From: Octopus bimaculoides
Taxonomy: Eukaryota
Length of the DNA stretch: 64,000 nucleotides
Direction: 5' to 3'
Assembly: GCF_001194135.2 (NCBI RefSeq)
Contig: NC_068995.1
Coordinates: forward strand, 10,564,632-10,628,631
Of this stretch, positions 26,807-40,527 are shown piece by piece. Position 1 is the stretch's first letter. Every line of letters starts with the position of its first letter. A model generated the notes under the pieces. It searched no databases. It had not been told where the DNA came from and saw only the letters and a list, made by a program, of their open reading frames with translations. The position numbers and the translations under genes were made by a program.

Positions 26807-29009
26807 AAGAGATATTGACAGCCTACTAAAACATCATCATCATTTTAATGTGCACTTTTCCTTGCTTGCATGGGTTGGACAGAGGTCATTAAGTTAGATT
26901 TTTCTATAGCCTGACATGCTTCTTATCACTGACCGTCATCTGCTCCCACGCAAAGTAATATTTCCTCATGGCCTGACAAGTTTTTCTACAATGTTGGAAA
27001 TAAACGACACTGCTTGTATGGCAGTGACACTCATTTACAATTATCATGCAATGTCGACAGATGGACGGATACACACACACACAACAGGCTTCTTTCAGTT
27101 TCTGTCTCATCCACTCACAAGAGATCAGTTGGTCTGGAGCTATAATAAAAACACTTGCCCACCATGCCACACAGTGGGACTGAACCTGGGACCATGTTGT
27201 TGGGGAGCAAACGTCTTAACACACAACCACACTTGAGCTTAACACAATAGAGATATAAAACACATCAATTATACTGGTAACACAAGAAGAAAACATTTAA
27301 CACATTAACCATAGTCATCACTTGTAAGCAAATGTGCAGAAATTCTTTACCTGATCCAATGAGATCTGCAAGTTCCATCTGATTGCCAATAGGAAGAAGT
27401 ATTGCCGTTCAAAAGACTGGAAACAATAGAATTGCTCGTTACTGTTGTATTTTAAATGGTAAAAATGCGTTTTGCTATTTAAAAATATTGTTTTTGTTTT
27501 TTAATATTGTAAAACAAATGTAGAATCAAAAGAAAACAATCATAAATAAATATATAATGACCAAAACTAAAAACACAAATATTGATTCACTAACTTGCAT
27601 CGGAGACAGAAGTCCAAGTGAAGTGAGAGATGATCTCTTTTCAGTTTCTGTCTACCAGATCCATCCATAAAGTTTTAGTCTACCAAGGTCAATAGTAGAA
27701 GATACTTGCCCAAGGTATCACACAGTGGGACTGAACCCGGGACCATGTGGTTAAGAAGTAAACTTCTTGAGCACTTTGGCCACCAATCAATCATCATCAG
27801 GCATTACAGGTAATAACCAAACCAGCTTCTTGTGGCTATCATTAATGCATAATTAGAAACAGATAACCTAACTAAAAATCATCATCATCATCATCATCAT
27901 CATTATCGTTTAACATCCGCTTTCCATGCTGGCATGGGTTGGACGGTTTGATTGAGGACTAGCAAGCCAGCAGGCTGCACCAGGCTCCAGTCTGANNNNN
28001 NNNNNCAAGCCAGCAGGCTGCACCAGGCTCCAGTCTGATCTGGCAAGGTTTCTACAGCTGGATGCCCTTCCTAATGCCAACCACTCCAAGAGTGTAGTGG
28101 GTGCTTTTACGTGCCACTGGCGCAGGAGCCAGTAAAGCGGTACTGATATTGACCATGTTTAGACAGTGCTTTTTACATGCCACCGGCACGAGAGCCAGTC
28201 AGAAGGCACTGGCAAGCGGGAATATATATATATGTAAACGTTGAACGATGAAAATGACTGCTCAACACCACATTGGTGGATAGAATTTGTTTGTTTGTGA
28301 ATTAAGGCTACCATTGGTTTCATGTTAAGAAAAATAGGAAAATATCTTAATATCTCAACAGTTTTTCAAGATGGTCACATGGAGGAATGGTGTACATCTC
28401 CATCACCATCATTTAATGCCCATCTTCCATGCTGGCATGGGTAGAATGGATTTACAAGAGCTGGCAAGCCAGAGGGCTGCACCAGGCCCCAGTCATCTGT
28501 TTTGGCATGGCTTCTACAGCTGGATACCCTTTGTAATGCCAACCACTTGACAGAATGTATTGTGGGCTCTTTACGTGGCACCAGCATGTGTTTTTAACAT
28601 GGCGCCAGCACAGGAGACACACACATACATAGACACACCTGTGGTCAAGTGAATAAAAACATTATTACTTTTTAGTCTAGAAATAACAGTTTCTAATTCC
28701 AATCTAGACCAGTACTATATGTATATCCGGGAATAAGAAATAATGATTATTACCAAAGAGCAAAAGAATCAAAACATAGAACAGATGTAAATATTTTTAC
28801 AATAATTTCTATTTCCAAAGACAAGGTTATGTTCTTAACATATTCAGACCTGCAAGGAAATTTTGAAAATATTATTGAGATTTTTGCGACACTCACCGTT
28901 CACTATTTGATGTGTTTGTGGAGACCTCGATGGAACAGATACAGCGTTGTACCTGCTGAACTTCTTCTCCATTTCTCAGTAATTCATCAGATGCTGTCAA
29001 TAAGAAAAC

Positions 29010-29042
<33 letters not shown>

Positions 29043-32000
29043 CATAATCCATCCTCCTATAGGTACAAGGCCTGAAATTTTAGAGGAAGGAATTAGTCAA
29101 GTACATCAACCCTAACCCTAACCCCAGTGCTTGACTGTTAATTCATTTATCAACCCCCAAAAGGATGAAAGGCAAGGTCGACCTCAGCAGAATTTGAACC
29201 CAGAATGCAAATGAATGAATGAATGGATGGACGGATGGATGGATAGAGATGATAGATAGGGATAGGTAGGCAGGGAGGGAGGAATGGATAGCTAGACAGA
29301 CAGACAGACAGACGTGTGGGTGTGCAGGTGGGTTTGGGTGGATGGGTGGATGGATGGATGGATGGATGGATAATGTGTGCATGTATACCTTTTATGTTTG
29401 TGTTTGTTCCCCACCACTACTTAACAACCGGTGTTGGTTTGTTTATGTCCCTGTAACTTACTGGTTCAGCAAAAGAAACCAAAAGAAATAAGCACTGAGG
29501 TCAATTTGTTTGACTAAACTCTTCAAGGTACTGCCCCAGCATGGCCACAGTCCCAAGCTATAGCAGAAGACATTCCCCCAAGGTGCTGAGGAGTGGGACC
29601 GAACCTAAAACTGAATGTTCATAAAAACCAATAAGGATTAAGTCTTTTTGTTTTCTTTTAGTCACTTACCTAAAACATCCATGGACTTGAAGGATGACTT
29701 CACCAAAGCCAACCGGAGATCCATAACATTTGTGACACCTTTTAGTATGGGCAAGCTCAATGAGGAACTTGGAGCTCGGTTCTGGATAAGAAACTGGGAG
29801 GGGGTGAAAAAGAATAAAAGAAATAAAGAAACAAATAAAAGAAATCAATGAAAGAAATTAATGAAAGAAATCAATGAAAGAAACTACAATGGCTTGTAAT
29901 TGGATTGAACTCACTTTTCAGTGCCGTAGACCACCTGAGAGTGCTTCTATATTGGCACATGACATGCTAGAAATAACAGCTAAATCTACCTCAAATTACA
30001 CTTTACTGCACATGGGTATTTGGCTCACAATCATAAGGCCATGAGTTCGATTCCTGGCAATGAGTTGTGTCCCTGAGCATATATACATATGTATTTGTGT
30101 GTCTGTGTTTGTCCCCCACCCCAACCATCGCTTGACAACCGATGCTGGTGTGTTTACGTCCCCGTAACTTAGCGGTTCGGCAAAAAGAGACCAATAGAAT
30201 AAGTACTAGGCTTACAAAGAATAAGTCCCTGGGGTCGATTTGCTCGACTATAGGCGGTGCTCCAGCATGGCCGCAGTCAAATGACTGAAACAAGTAAAGG
30301 AGTAAAAGAGAGTAAAGCAAAATTTTTCCATGCATCCTTTAAATACTACTGTGAATCGCCATTTTTACTACTTTGCTTGCATGGGCCCCTAAAAGTCCTT
30401 TGTGGACTCCCTGAGATCATATGGACCCAGGTTGAGAACCACTGATGTAAAATAATAAATCAATATACAAACCTTTAAAATTTTCAAACTGTAATTNNNN
30501 NNNNNNNNNNNNNNNNNNNNNNNNNNNNNNNNNNNNNNNNNNNNNNNNNNNNNNNNNNNNNNNNNNNNNNNNNNNNNNNNNNNNNNNNNNNNNNNNNNNN
30601 NNNNNNNNNNNNNNNNNNNNNNNNNNNNNNNNNNNNNNNNNNNNNNNNNNNNNNNNNNNNNNNNNNNNNNNNNNNNNNNNNNNNNNNNNNNNNNNNNNNN
30701 NNNNNNNNNNNNNNNNNNNNNNNNNNNNNNNNNNNNNNNNNNNNNNNNNNNNNNNNNNNNNNNNNNNNNNNNNNNNNNNNNNNNNNNNNNNNNNNNNNNN
30801 NNNNNNNNNNNNNNNNNNNNNNNNNNNNNNNNNNNNNNNNNNNNNNNNNNNNNNNNNNNNNNNNNNNNNNNNNNNNNNNNNNNNNNNNNNNNNNNNNNNN
30901 NNNNNNNNNNNNNNNNNNNNNNNNNNNNNNNNNNNNNNNNNNNNNNNNNNNNNNNNNNNNNNNNNNNNNNNNNNNNNNNNNNNNNNNNNNNNNNNNNNNN
31001 NNNNNNNNNNNNNNNNNNNNNNNNNNNNNNNNNNNNNNNNNNNNNNNNNNNNNNNNNNNNNNNNNNNNNNNNNNNNNNNNNNNNNNNNNNNNNNNNNNNN
31101 NNNNNNNNNNNNNNNNNNNNNNNNNNNNNNNNNNNNNNNNNNNNNNNNNNNNNNNNNNNNNNNNNNNNNNNNNNNNNNNNNNNNNNNNNNNNNNNNNNNN
31201 NNNNNNNNNNNNNNNNNNNNNNNNNNNNNNNNNNNNNNNNNNNNNNNNNNNNNNNNNNNNNNNNNNNNNNNNNNNNNNNNNNNNNNNNNNNNNNNNNNNN
31301 NNNNNNNNNNNNNNNNNNNNNNNNNNNNNNNNNNNNNNAAAACAATGAAGACATTTTTAAAAATCAAATACTTTGGAATACATTGAAGAATAAAAACGAA
31401 CATCAAATGATTCCTTAAGAAAAAGAAGGGTAAATTAGACCATATACTTGTAGGAGGAGTGGACTCCAAGATGGCATGGTCATTACAGGAATAACTACAA
31501 CCATAACAATTCATCATCATCATCATCGTTTAACGTCCGCTTTCCATGCTAGCATGGGTTAGATGATTTGACTGAGGACTGGCGAACCAGATGGCTACAC
31601 CAGGCTTCAATCTGATTTGGCAGAGTTTCTACAGCTGGATGCCCTTCCTACTCTGAGAGTGTAGTGGGTGCTTTTGACCACTCGACATGCTAGACATAGC
31701 AGCCAAATCAAACCCCACTGCTTTAAACAAGGACACATTGGATAATATAGTCCTGGATATCCCTAAAAATACAGACTGCTCATGGCTGGAATATATTTAC
31801 TTAAACTCTTGCTCAATCAAGGTTATACTGAAACTAAACAATGACAACCCACAAATTATGAACAATCAGGAAGTAAATGGCTTAAGTCGTCACAATTTAC
31901 CATGGATAAGAGCTGTTGTTTTCAGCTTCCGGATGCTTCTCTCTGGCTCGGTAAAGACACCTTTTGATTGATCTGATGAAGATTCTATTTCTTGTTCAAT

Positions 32001-35000
32001 ATCTTGGAGTTCTGCTGTCCCAATGCCATCTGTGTCAAATGTCTGGAAGGCCTGAAAGAGTAAATCAAATTTTGGTAATATTTTGTTTGTTTGTTTTTTG
32101 TTGTTCTTTTTTTTAATGCAGAGAGGATAATGTTAACGACAGATAAGAGGGCAGAGAGGAAATCGGCAGTCATTTAATTTGCCCCCTGGTATTGAATCGG
32201 TTTCTTTTTCGTCTCATCAAACCCCACTCCATCAGCAAGATAAAAGGCAAAACAACATCCTCATGAGTCAAACTCATAAGATAAAGACACATAATTAAAT
32301 ATAAAAAGAAAATTTATCCAACTCTTTGATTCTATCAGTTTACCATCCTTAACAATAATAATCCTTTCTACTAAAGGAACAAGGCCTGAAATTTTCTGGC
32401 CAGCAGACTAGTCAATTACATCGACCCCAGTGTTTCACTGATACTTAAATTATCAACCCTGAAAAGATGAAAGGCAAATTGATCTCAGTGGAATTTGAAC
32501 TCAGAACGTAAAGACAGATGAAATGCTGCTAAGCATTTTGCCTGGCATGCTAATGATTCTGCCAGCTCGCTGCTGTAATAATAATAATAATCTTTTCTAC
32601 TGAAGGCACAAGGACTCAGATTTGCGGGGAGGGGACTAGTCAATTACATCAACCCCAGTGTTTCACTGAACTCAATTTACTGACCCCAAAAGGATGAAAG
32701 GCAAAGTCAACCTCGGTGGAATTTGAACTCAGAATGTAGCAGCAGACGAAATACCGCAAAGCATTTTGCCCAGTGTGCTAACAATTCAGCCAGCACACTG
32801 CAGCAGCAGCAGTGGCAATAGTAGTAGTAGTAGTAGTAGTATACTTACTAAGGCTGCTTCTTTTTCTGAAGCCCCTTTACTGGTTAACATATCACAGAAT
32901 TCTCTCATGGTTACGGTGGTCTTCAGGAGAAATGATTCCAAGTCAGAGAAACCAGGATGCAGACAGAAAAAGGAAGAAAAGAGAGAGAAAAAGACATTAT
33001 AACATACGATAGATGCTGTGAAAGGAGTTATTTCATCAGAATCTAATGGCAGACCTAATAAATAATGTTATATTACTGCAAGGTTGTGGAGGCGCAATGG
33101 CCCAGTGGTTAGGGCAGCGGACTCGCGGTCATAGGGTCGTGGTTTCGATTCCCAGACTGGGCGTTGTGAGTGTTTATTGAGCGAAAACACCTAAAGCTCC
33201 ACGAGGCTCCGGCAAGGGATGGTGGCGAACCCTGCTGTACTCTTTCACCACAACTTTCTCTCACTCTTACTTCCTGTTTCTGTTGTGCCTGTAATTCATA
33301 GGGTCAGCCATGTCACACTGTGTCACGCTGAATATCCCCGAGAACTACGTTAAGGGTACACATGTCTGTGGAGTGCTCAGCCACTTGCACGTTAATTTCA
33401 TGAGCAGGCTGTTCCATTGATCGGATCAACTGGAACCTTCGACATTGTAAGCGACGGAGTGACAACACTGCAAGGTTAACATGTTTGGTTGATGGATGCA
33501 GACATGTCTATATGGTTAAGCAGTTAGCTTTGCGTCTGTGTAGGTCCCAGGTTTGCTCACATTAAACGATGTGAGTCAGTACATGAGGTTTAGTATCTCA
33601 TGTAGCCCACTGGTCAATAAAGGTTGCCCCTGATTGGCCTAAACCAATTACTTGAAAAAAAAATTTAGAATAAAGCATGGCTGCAGTGTGGAGGCACAAG
33701 GCTCAGTGGTTAGGGGTGTTGGACTCATAATCATAAGATTGTGGTTTCAATTCCTGGACCAGGCAACACGTTGTGTTTTTGAGCAAAACACTTCATTTCA
33801 CATTGTTCCAGTCCACCCAGCAGGCAAAAGAAGGAAACTGAAAGAAGCCTGTTATATGTCTTTTACCTTCTACTTGTTTCAGTCATTGGACTGCAGCCAT
33901 ACTGGAGCACCACCTTGAAGAATTTTTACTTGGATGTATAGACCACAGTACTTATTTTTTAAGACTGGTACTTATTCTATCAGTCACTTATGCTGAAACG
34001 CTAAGTTATGGGGATGTAAACACACCAACACCAGTTTTCAAGTGGCAGTGGAAGACAAACGGAGACATAAAAACTCACACACATAGATATATATAAACTT
34101 ATATACAATGGGCTTCTTTCAGTTTCCATCTACCAAATTCTCTCATAAAGCTTTGGTTGACCTGAGGCTACAGTAGAAGACATATGCCCAAGGTGCCATG
34201 CTGTGGGACTGAACTTGGAACCACATGGTTGGGAAGCATGCTTCTTACCACACAGCCATGCCTAAACATGCATATTAAAAAGTGAGACACTATCAGATAA
34301 TGCCGTCCTAGATAGATAATGTACAAATAAAAGACAGGATAGCCACAGATGGAATGCTATTGGTCAAAGATTTCTTAGATCAGGACTGACCTGGATTTAA
34401 ACAAAGACAACTGAAACAACAACTGACCTCTTTCCGTGACATCCGTTCCTCTATCCACCGTAAAATATAAGTTTGGTACATACTAATGAAGTCCTGAAGT
34501 ACTTCCTCACTGAAAAAATAAATTGTGAAAAAAAAAAAAAATTTAAATAAAAAATAAAATCACACACAACAAAATACTGTTGACAAACATCATCATCATC
34601 ATCATCATTGTTTTTAACCCTTTAGCATTTAAACTGGCCATATCCGGCCAAAAGTATTCTGTCTATTCAATGTTCAAATTGGCCAGATCTGGTCTCTCAC
34701 ACCAACCCTACAATATCATTTTGAAAATTAACAGCTACCTCATCAAAATCTCATAGCTACAAGGTAATGCATGATTAGGTCAAAACAATGTGGATAAAAA
34801 AGTATTAATTTTGACAGAATAATGTGAACACTAAAGGGTTAAGGTCCATTCTCCAAGCTGGCAGAGCTGGTAAGCCAGAGGGTTGCACCAGGCACGTTTT
34901 AACATGGTTTCTATGGTCAGATGCCCTTCCTAACAGTATACTGGGTGCTTTTATGTGGCACCAGCACCGATACTTTTTACGTGGTACCAGAACAGATGCA

Positions 35001-36682
35001 TTTACATGGTGTCAGCACAAATGCTTTTACGTGGCACCTTTATGGTTGATTCTTACATGACACTGGCACAGGGTTATTTTCTAAATCATTGCCATTCATC
35101 ATCACTGCTTAATGTCCATTTCCTATGCTGATATGGGTAGGACAGTTTGACAGGAGCTGACAAGTCAGAGAACCACACCAAAGTTCAATGCTGGCTTTGG
35201 AATAGTTTCTACAGCTCGACACCCTCAACCCTTTAGCATTTAAACTGGCCGTATCCGGTCCAAATATTCTACTTGTTTCATATTCAAAGTGACCACATCC
35301 AGCCTTTCACACCTACCCTACAATGTCATTCTAAATATAAACAATCACATCAAAGTTATGAGATTGTGTGTATCCAGAAAATTCACCCACTATATGACAA
35401 TTTGCCATGCAGACAATGATAAAGCACATTATATCAGCAATTTTTTTTAATCAAAAATAAATGATAAAAGGTTTAAAAGCATTAAATAGGCAAATCTATA
35501 ATCAATGTCAAGCATTAAAAAAATCATGATGAGGTTGTTTAAAATGAAATTTCTTATAATAAATTTTCCTACAGCAAATGAGTTTATGGCAAAATTTCCT
35601 ATAACCAAGATAATGCAGGATTAATTCAAAACAATGTGAATAAATAAGCATTACATTTGACAGAGAAATCTGAATGCTAAAGGGTTAATACTGCCCTAAG
35701 ATAAAATGCATTGTATAATGTATTCTTAGATATATTATGCCAGTAAAACAGAAATGGTATGGTCACAAGGTGGAATGCTTTTGGTCATAGAATTACTCAA
35801 TCACAGCTGACTGACCTGGGGCTAAAATAACAAAAAAAAGTTAAATAAATAAAAGAAAAACAAAGAAACAAAATTAAGAATAGCAAATAAAAGGGCAAAA
35901 CTTACTCCAATTTACATGCCATACTTCGCAGGGACGACAGGTCAAAGAGTTGTTCTGTGAGTTGCAGGAGACAGTTTTCTTTAGAGCCTGCAATAAGACC
36001 AACATGTAACAAATATAGAATTGTCTCTTACAGCAGTGCTTCTCAAACTATCTGATGTGGGGTACCGACAGTTTTTTATTTTTTATTTTTTTTTTCCAAT
36101 GTACCAGGGACCGGTAATATTTCTTAGTAATATTAATTTATACCGGAAACAATATAGAATGAATATAATAAAAATTGACAATTTTTTTTTATCTTATATT
36201 TATTTTGTAAACAAATACAATATTACATAAGCATTTTATAATGTTCCTTTCATTTCCTCTCTTAGGACAANNNNNNNNNNNNNNNNNNNNNNNNNNNNNN
36301 NNNNNNNNNNNNNNNNNNNNNNNNNNNNNNNNNNNNNNNNNNNNNNNNNNNNNNNNNNNNNNNNNNNNNNNNNNNNNNNNNNNNNNNNNNNNNNNNNNNN
36401 NNNNNNNNNNNNNNNNNNNNNNNNNNNNNNNNNNNNNNNNNNNNNNNNNNNNNNNNNNNNNNNNNNNNNNNNNNNNNNNNNNNNNNNNNNNNNNNNNNNN
36501 NNNNNNNNNNNNNNNNNNNNNNNNNNNNNNNNNNNNNNNNNNNNNNNNNNNNNNNNNNNNNNNNNNNNNNNNNNNNNNNNNNNNNNNNNNNNNNNNNNNN
36601 NNNNNNNNNNNNNNNNNNNNNNNNNNNNNNNNNNNNNNNNNNNNNNNNNNNNNNNNNNNNNNNNNNNNNNNNNNNNNNNNNN

Positions 36683-36713
<31 letters not shown>

Positions 36714-37995
36714 TATATGAGGGTTGTTTTGGTTAAAAATGCACCCAAGTCTTAAAACAATTTGAAGATTTTTTTTTTAATTTCTTTTTACAAATTTAAT
36801 AGAATGGCATATGTACGTGTATGTATGTATGTGTGTGTATGTATGTATGTATGTGTGTATGTATGTATGTATGTACGTGTGTGTGTGTGTGTATGTATGT
36901 AAAGATTGGAATTAATGGTATTATGTTTAATTTTGTAGTTCCACTTGTTTCTTTACAACCTGGGAAAAACATTATGAAAATAAATATGAATATTGGTTTC
37001 AAATTTTGGCACAAGAACAGCAATTTCAAGGAGCGGGTAAGTTGATTACATTGACCCCCCCAAGGCTCAACGGTTACTTATTTTAACAACCCCAAAATGA
37101 CAAAAGGCAAAGTCGACCTCAGCAGAATTTGAACCCAGAACATAAATTCAGATGAAATGTCACTAAGCACTATACCACGTGGTTGGGAAGTAGGCTTCTT
37201 ACCACTCAGCCACATACACATACACACAATGGGCTTCTTTCAGTTTCCGTCTACCAAATCCACTCAGAAAGCTTTGGTCAGTCTGACGCTATAGTAGAAG
37301 ACACTTGCGCAAGGTGCCACACAGTGGGACAGAACCCGGAACCATGTGGTTGGGAAACAAGTTTCTTACCATTCAGCCATGCTATGTTCACATTTACAGA
37401 GTAATTAATCTTTAAGAATGAATATAATTTTACGTCTTTACTCCCAAATAACTATGTCAGGTCTGTTATGCTTGCACTTGCTAGACGTTTTAACAAATGT
37501 GCATGTGTGTTCCTAGTTGTAAACCATTGCTTAGCATCCGGTTGGCTGAAATTTTGACAATGGCACACTTCAAAGAATAAAACTTTAAGCTATGTGACAT
37601 TTTCTAGTCCTTTCAGTAAATCTGGGAAATGCAAAATATTGCTCTTTGTCTGAATACAAACTACGCACACAGATTCATGTACGGATGCACTTATATATAC
37701 AAATACATATGCTGACACACTAAGATAGTTGATAGAGCAACAGGTCTGAATCAGCTAGATATTGACCTCTAAATATATTCTGTCTGTTTGTCTCTATGTG
37801 TGGGTGGCAAGCTGACTGACAGACACACCTACCATACACACACATTATATGTGTGTGAATGTGGATGTGTGAGAGAGACAGGCAGACAGAAAGAGAAATG
37901 AGCCAGCACAGAAGATAAGATATGTACATTTAAGACAATCTAGTACTGCAAAGTCTATCTTGGGCTCAATAGCAACGCATTCTTTTATTTACATA

Positions 37996-38038
<43 letters not shown>

Positions 38039-40459
38039 CAAATAATAAATGAGTATATGCATATATACGTACATGTATGTACATACTTACATCTACCTGT
38101 ATATATAGATGCATATCTGGGTACAGGACAATGTAAACAAAGCGTAGACAAAATGATAAACAGAGTACAGAAAACACACAGGCCACATAGAGAACACTTC
38201 ATCAGCTGCCCCCATTCTAACACAGGCGTTTCGAAGAGTAGGGCAGGACGCATCGTTAAAACGGCTCTTCCCACGGACTACAAATTAAATTCAAATTAAA
38301 TTTGTAACATATATATATATAATTACTAAATGAATAAATTTCTGAAAATATTTAGATATTACTATTATTATCATTAATAAAATGAATAATAACAACAATA
38401 ATATAGGTGGCCAACAAGCAAAAGCCGATAAATGGAAAAATCAAAAATTTTGTAATTTATAATTATAATATGACTTGAGNNNNNNNNNNGGACAGACATA
38501 AATACATACAGAGAAACAGACAGAAAGAGAATTGAGCCAACTAGGAAGATTAGAAGATACTCTTTCACTCTTTTACTTGTTTCAGTCATTTAACTGCGGC
38601 CATGCTGGAGCACCACCTTTAGTCGAGCAAATTGACCCCAGGACTTATTCTTTGTAAACCTAGTACTTATTCTATTGGTCTCTTTTTGCCAACCGCTAAG
38701 TTACGGGGACGTAAACACACCAGCATCGGTTGTCAAGCGATGTTGGTGGGGACAAACACAGACACACACACATATATACACACACACACACACATATATA
38801 TATATATTTCAAACTAGTCGTATCCAGCTTGAATAGTTTACCTGTTTTATGTCTAAACTGACAAGATCTGGCCTCTTATGCCTACCTTACAATATCATTC
38901 TAAATATCGGGGCATTCCATGAATAATGCGGTGTTTTCAATTGCATGAACTAAAAATCAGAAGGGGAAGGGACAAACTACCTGCATCAACTTGCTATAAT
39001 AGTAATTTTACCTTATTTCTTATTCTTAGTGCAAGTTTTGAAGAGTGCAGTTCGATTCTGACAGTTATTTTTTCAAAGCTATAATGGAAGTGACAGAGGA
39101 GCATATTCAGCATATTTTGCTTTATGAGTTCAATAAAGACAACGCAATGGAAGGTGTGAGGAATATTAATGTAGTATATGGGGATTGGATAATTTGTGCA
39201 AGCCAGTGTCAACAGTAGTTCCAGAAGTCTCGGCCTTTCATCATTGCCTCTGTGAGGCTCATCATTCGAAGTTCATGCTTCACCACCTCATCCCATGTCT
39301 TCCTGGATCTCCCCCTACCACTGTTTGGGAGTAGCACTTCTTCACACAGCTCTCCTCATCCATACCAGTACAGACATCTCTCTTGCATGCCACATCCGAT
39401 GCTTCTTATGTCCAACATTTCTCTCAGGGCGCTAACACTGTCGTGTGTGCACACTGACATTACATATCCAGCAGATTATGCTCGCTTCATTTCTTTCAAG
39501 CCTACGCATGTCATCAGCAGTCATGGCCCATGTTTCACTGCTGTGAAGTATGGCTGTTTGCACACATGCATCATACAATATACCTTTCACTCTGAGCCTG
39601 AGGCCCTTTGTCGCCAGTAGGGGTAGAAGTTTTCTGAACTTTGCCCAGGCTATTCTTATTCTAGTGGTAACAATCTCTGAAAAAACCACCCCCACTATAG
39701 ACTTGGTCGCCTAGGTAGCAGAATCTAGCAACTACTTCTAGTTTCTCACCCTGGCATGTAATGGAATCTCTTTTCTGTACATCTTTGGTGTTTATTGCCC
39801 CCTGTGCATCTGCCACACATGAAAGCTATCTTTCTGGTTAATCTTCCTTTGATGTTGTTGCACTTCTTATGTGTCCATAGCTTACACTGGGTATAACTTA
39901 TAGAGTTATATATATATATATAAACCTTGCCAAATGAGACTGGAACCTGGTGCAGTTCTCTGGCTCATCAGCTCCAATCAAACCATCTAACCCATGCCAG
40001 CATGGAGAGTGGATGTTAAATGATGATGTTACACACACACAATAGGCTTTTTTCAGTTTTTGCCTACCAAACCTATTTACAAGGTTTTGTCCAGCCCAGG
40101 GTTCCACACAATGGGACTGAACATGGAGCCATAAGGTTTGGAAGCAAGCTTCTTACAACACAGCCACAACTGAACCTAGAAAATAAAGTTGGGCTGGCAT
40201 GACCAAGATTCGAACCTGGGTTACAATGTCCACAATGCAGAGTCCTAACCACAAGACAATCATGATATATATGATAATATCAAACACTGAAGAGAAATGC
40301 AGATGGTGGGGAGTTCACAATTTTTCAAGTGCCCCACTTAATATTGTTGATTTATGTCTATCTCATCCTACATGCAAACAGATCACTCAAATTCTTAATT
40401 GGAATACTTAGGAATATTGTGAATTTCTTGCATTAAATAATAGTTGGCATTGTTAATCC

Positions 40460-40527
<68 letters not shown>

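Noticed and set aside
31362-31403. ESFDVRFYSSMYSK segment resembling part of the missing exon
   Set aside because: It starts in phase 0 whereas phase 1 is needed, and the donor (gtattt) is weak; it would require another unseen micro-exon.
30389-31526. Long ORFs of 260-390 aa in the track (also 36189-36748, 48766-49997, 60735-61917)
   Set aside because: They are open only because they run through N-gaps.
31801-31827. 27-nt segment with good acceptor and donor as the missing ZZEF1 exon
   Set aside because: It gives an immediate TAA in the required phase; at most a poison exon, with no support.
38200-38275. CTGATGA and GAAAC motifs suggesting another hammerhead
   Set aside because: U16.1 is absent and stems I and III cannot form in any permutation in this copy.
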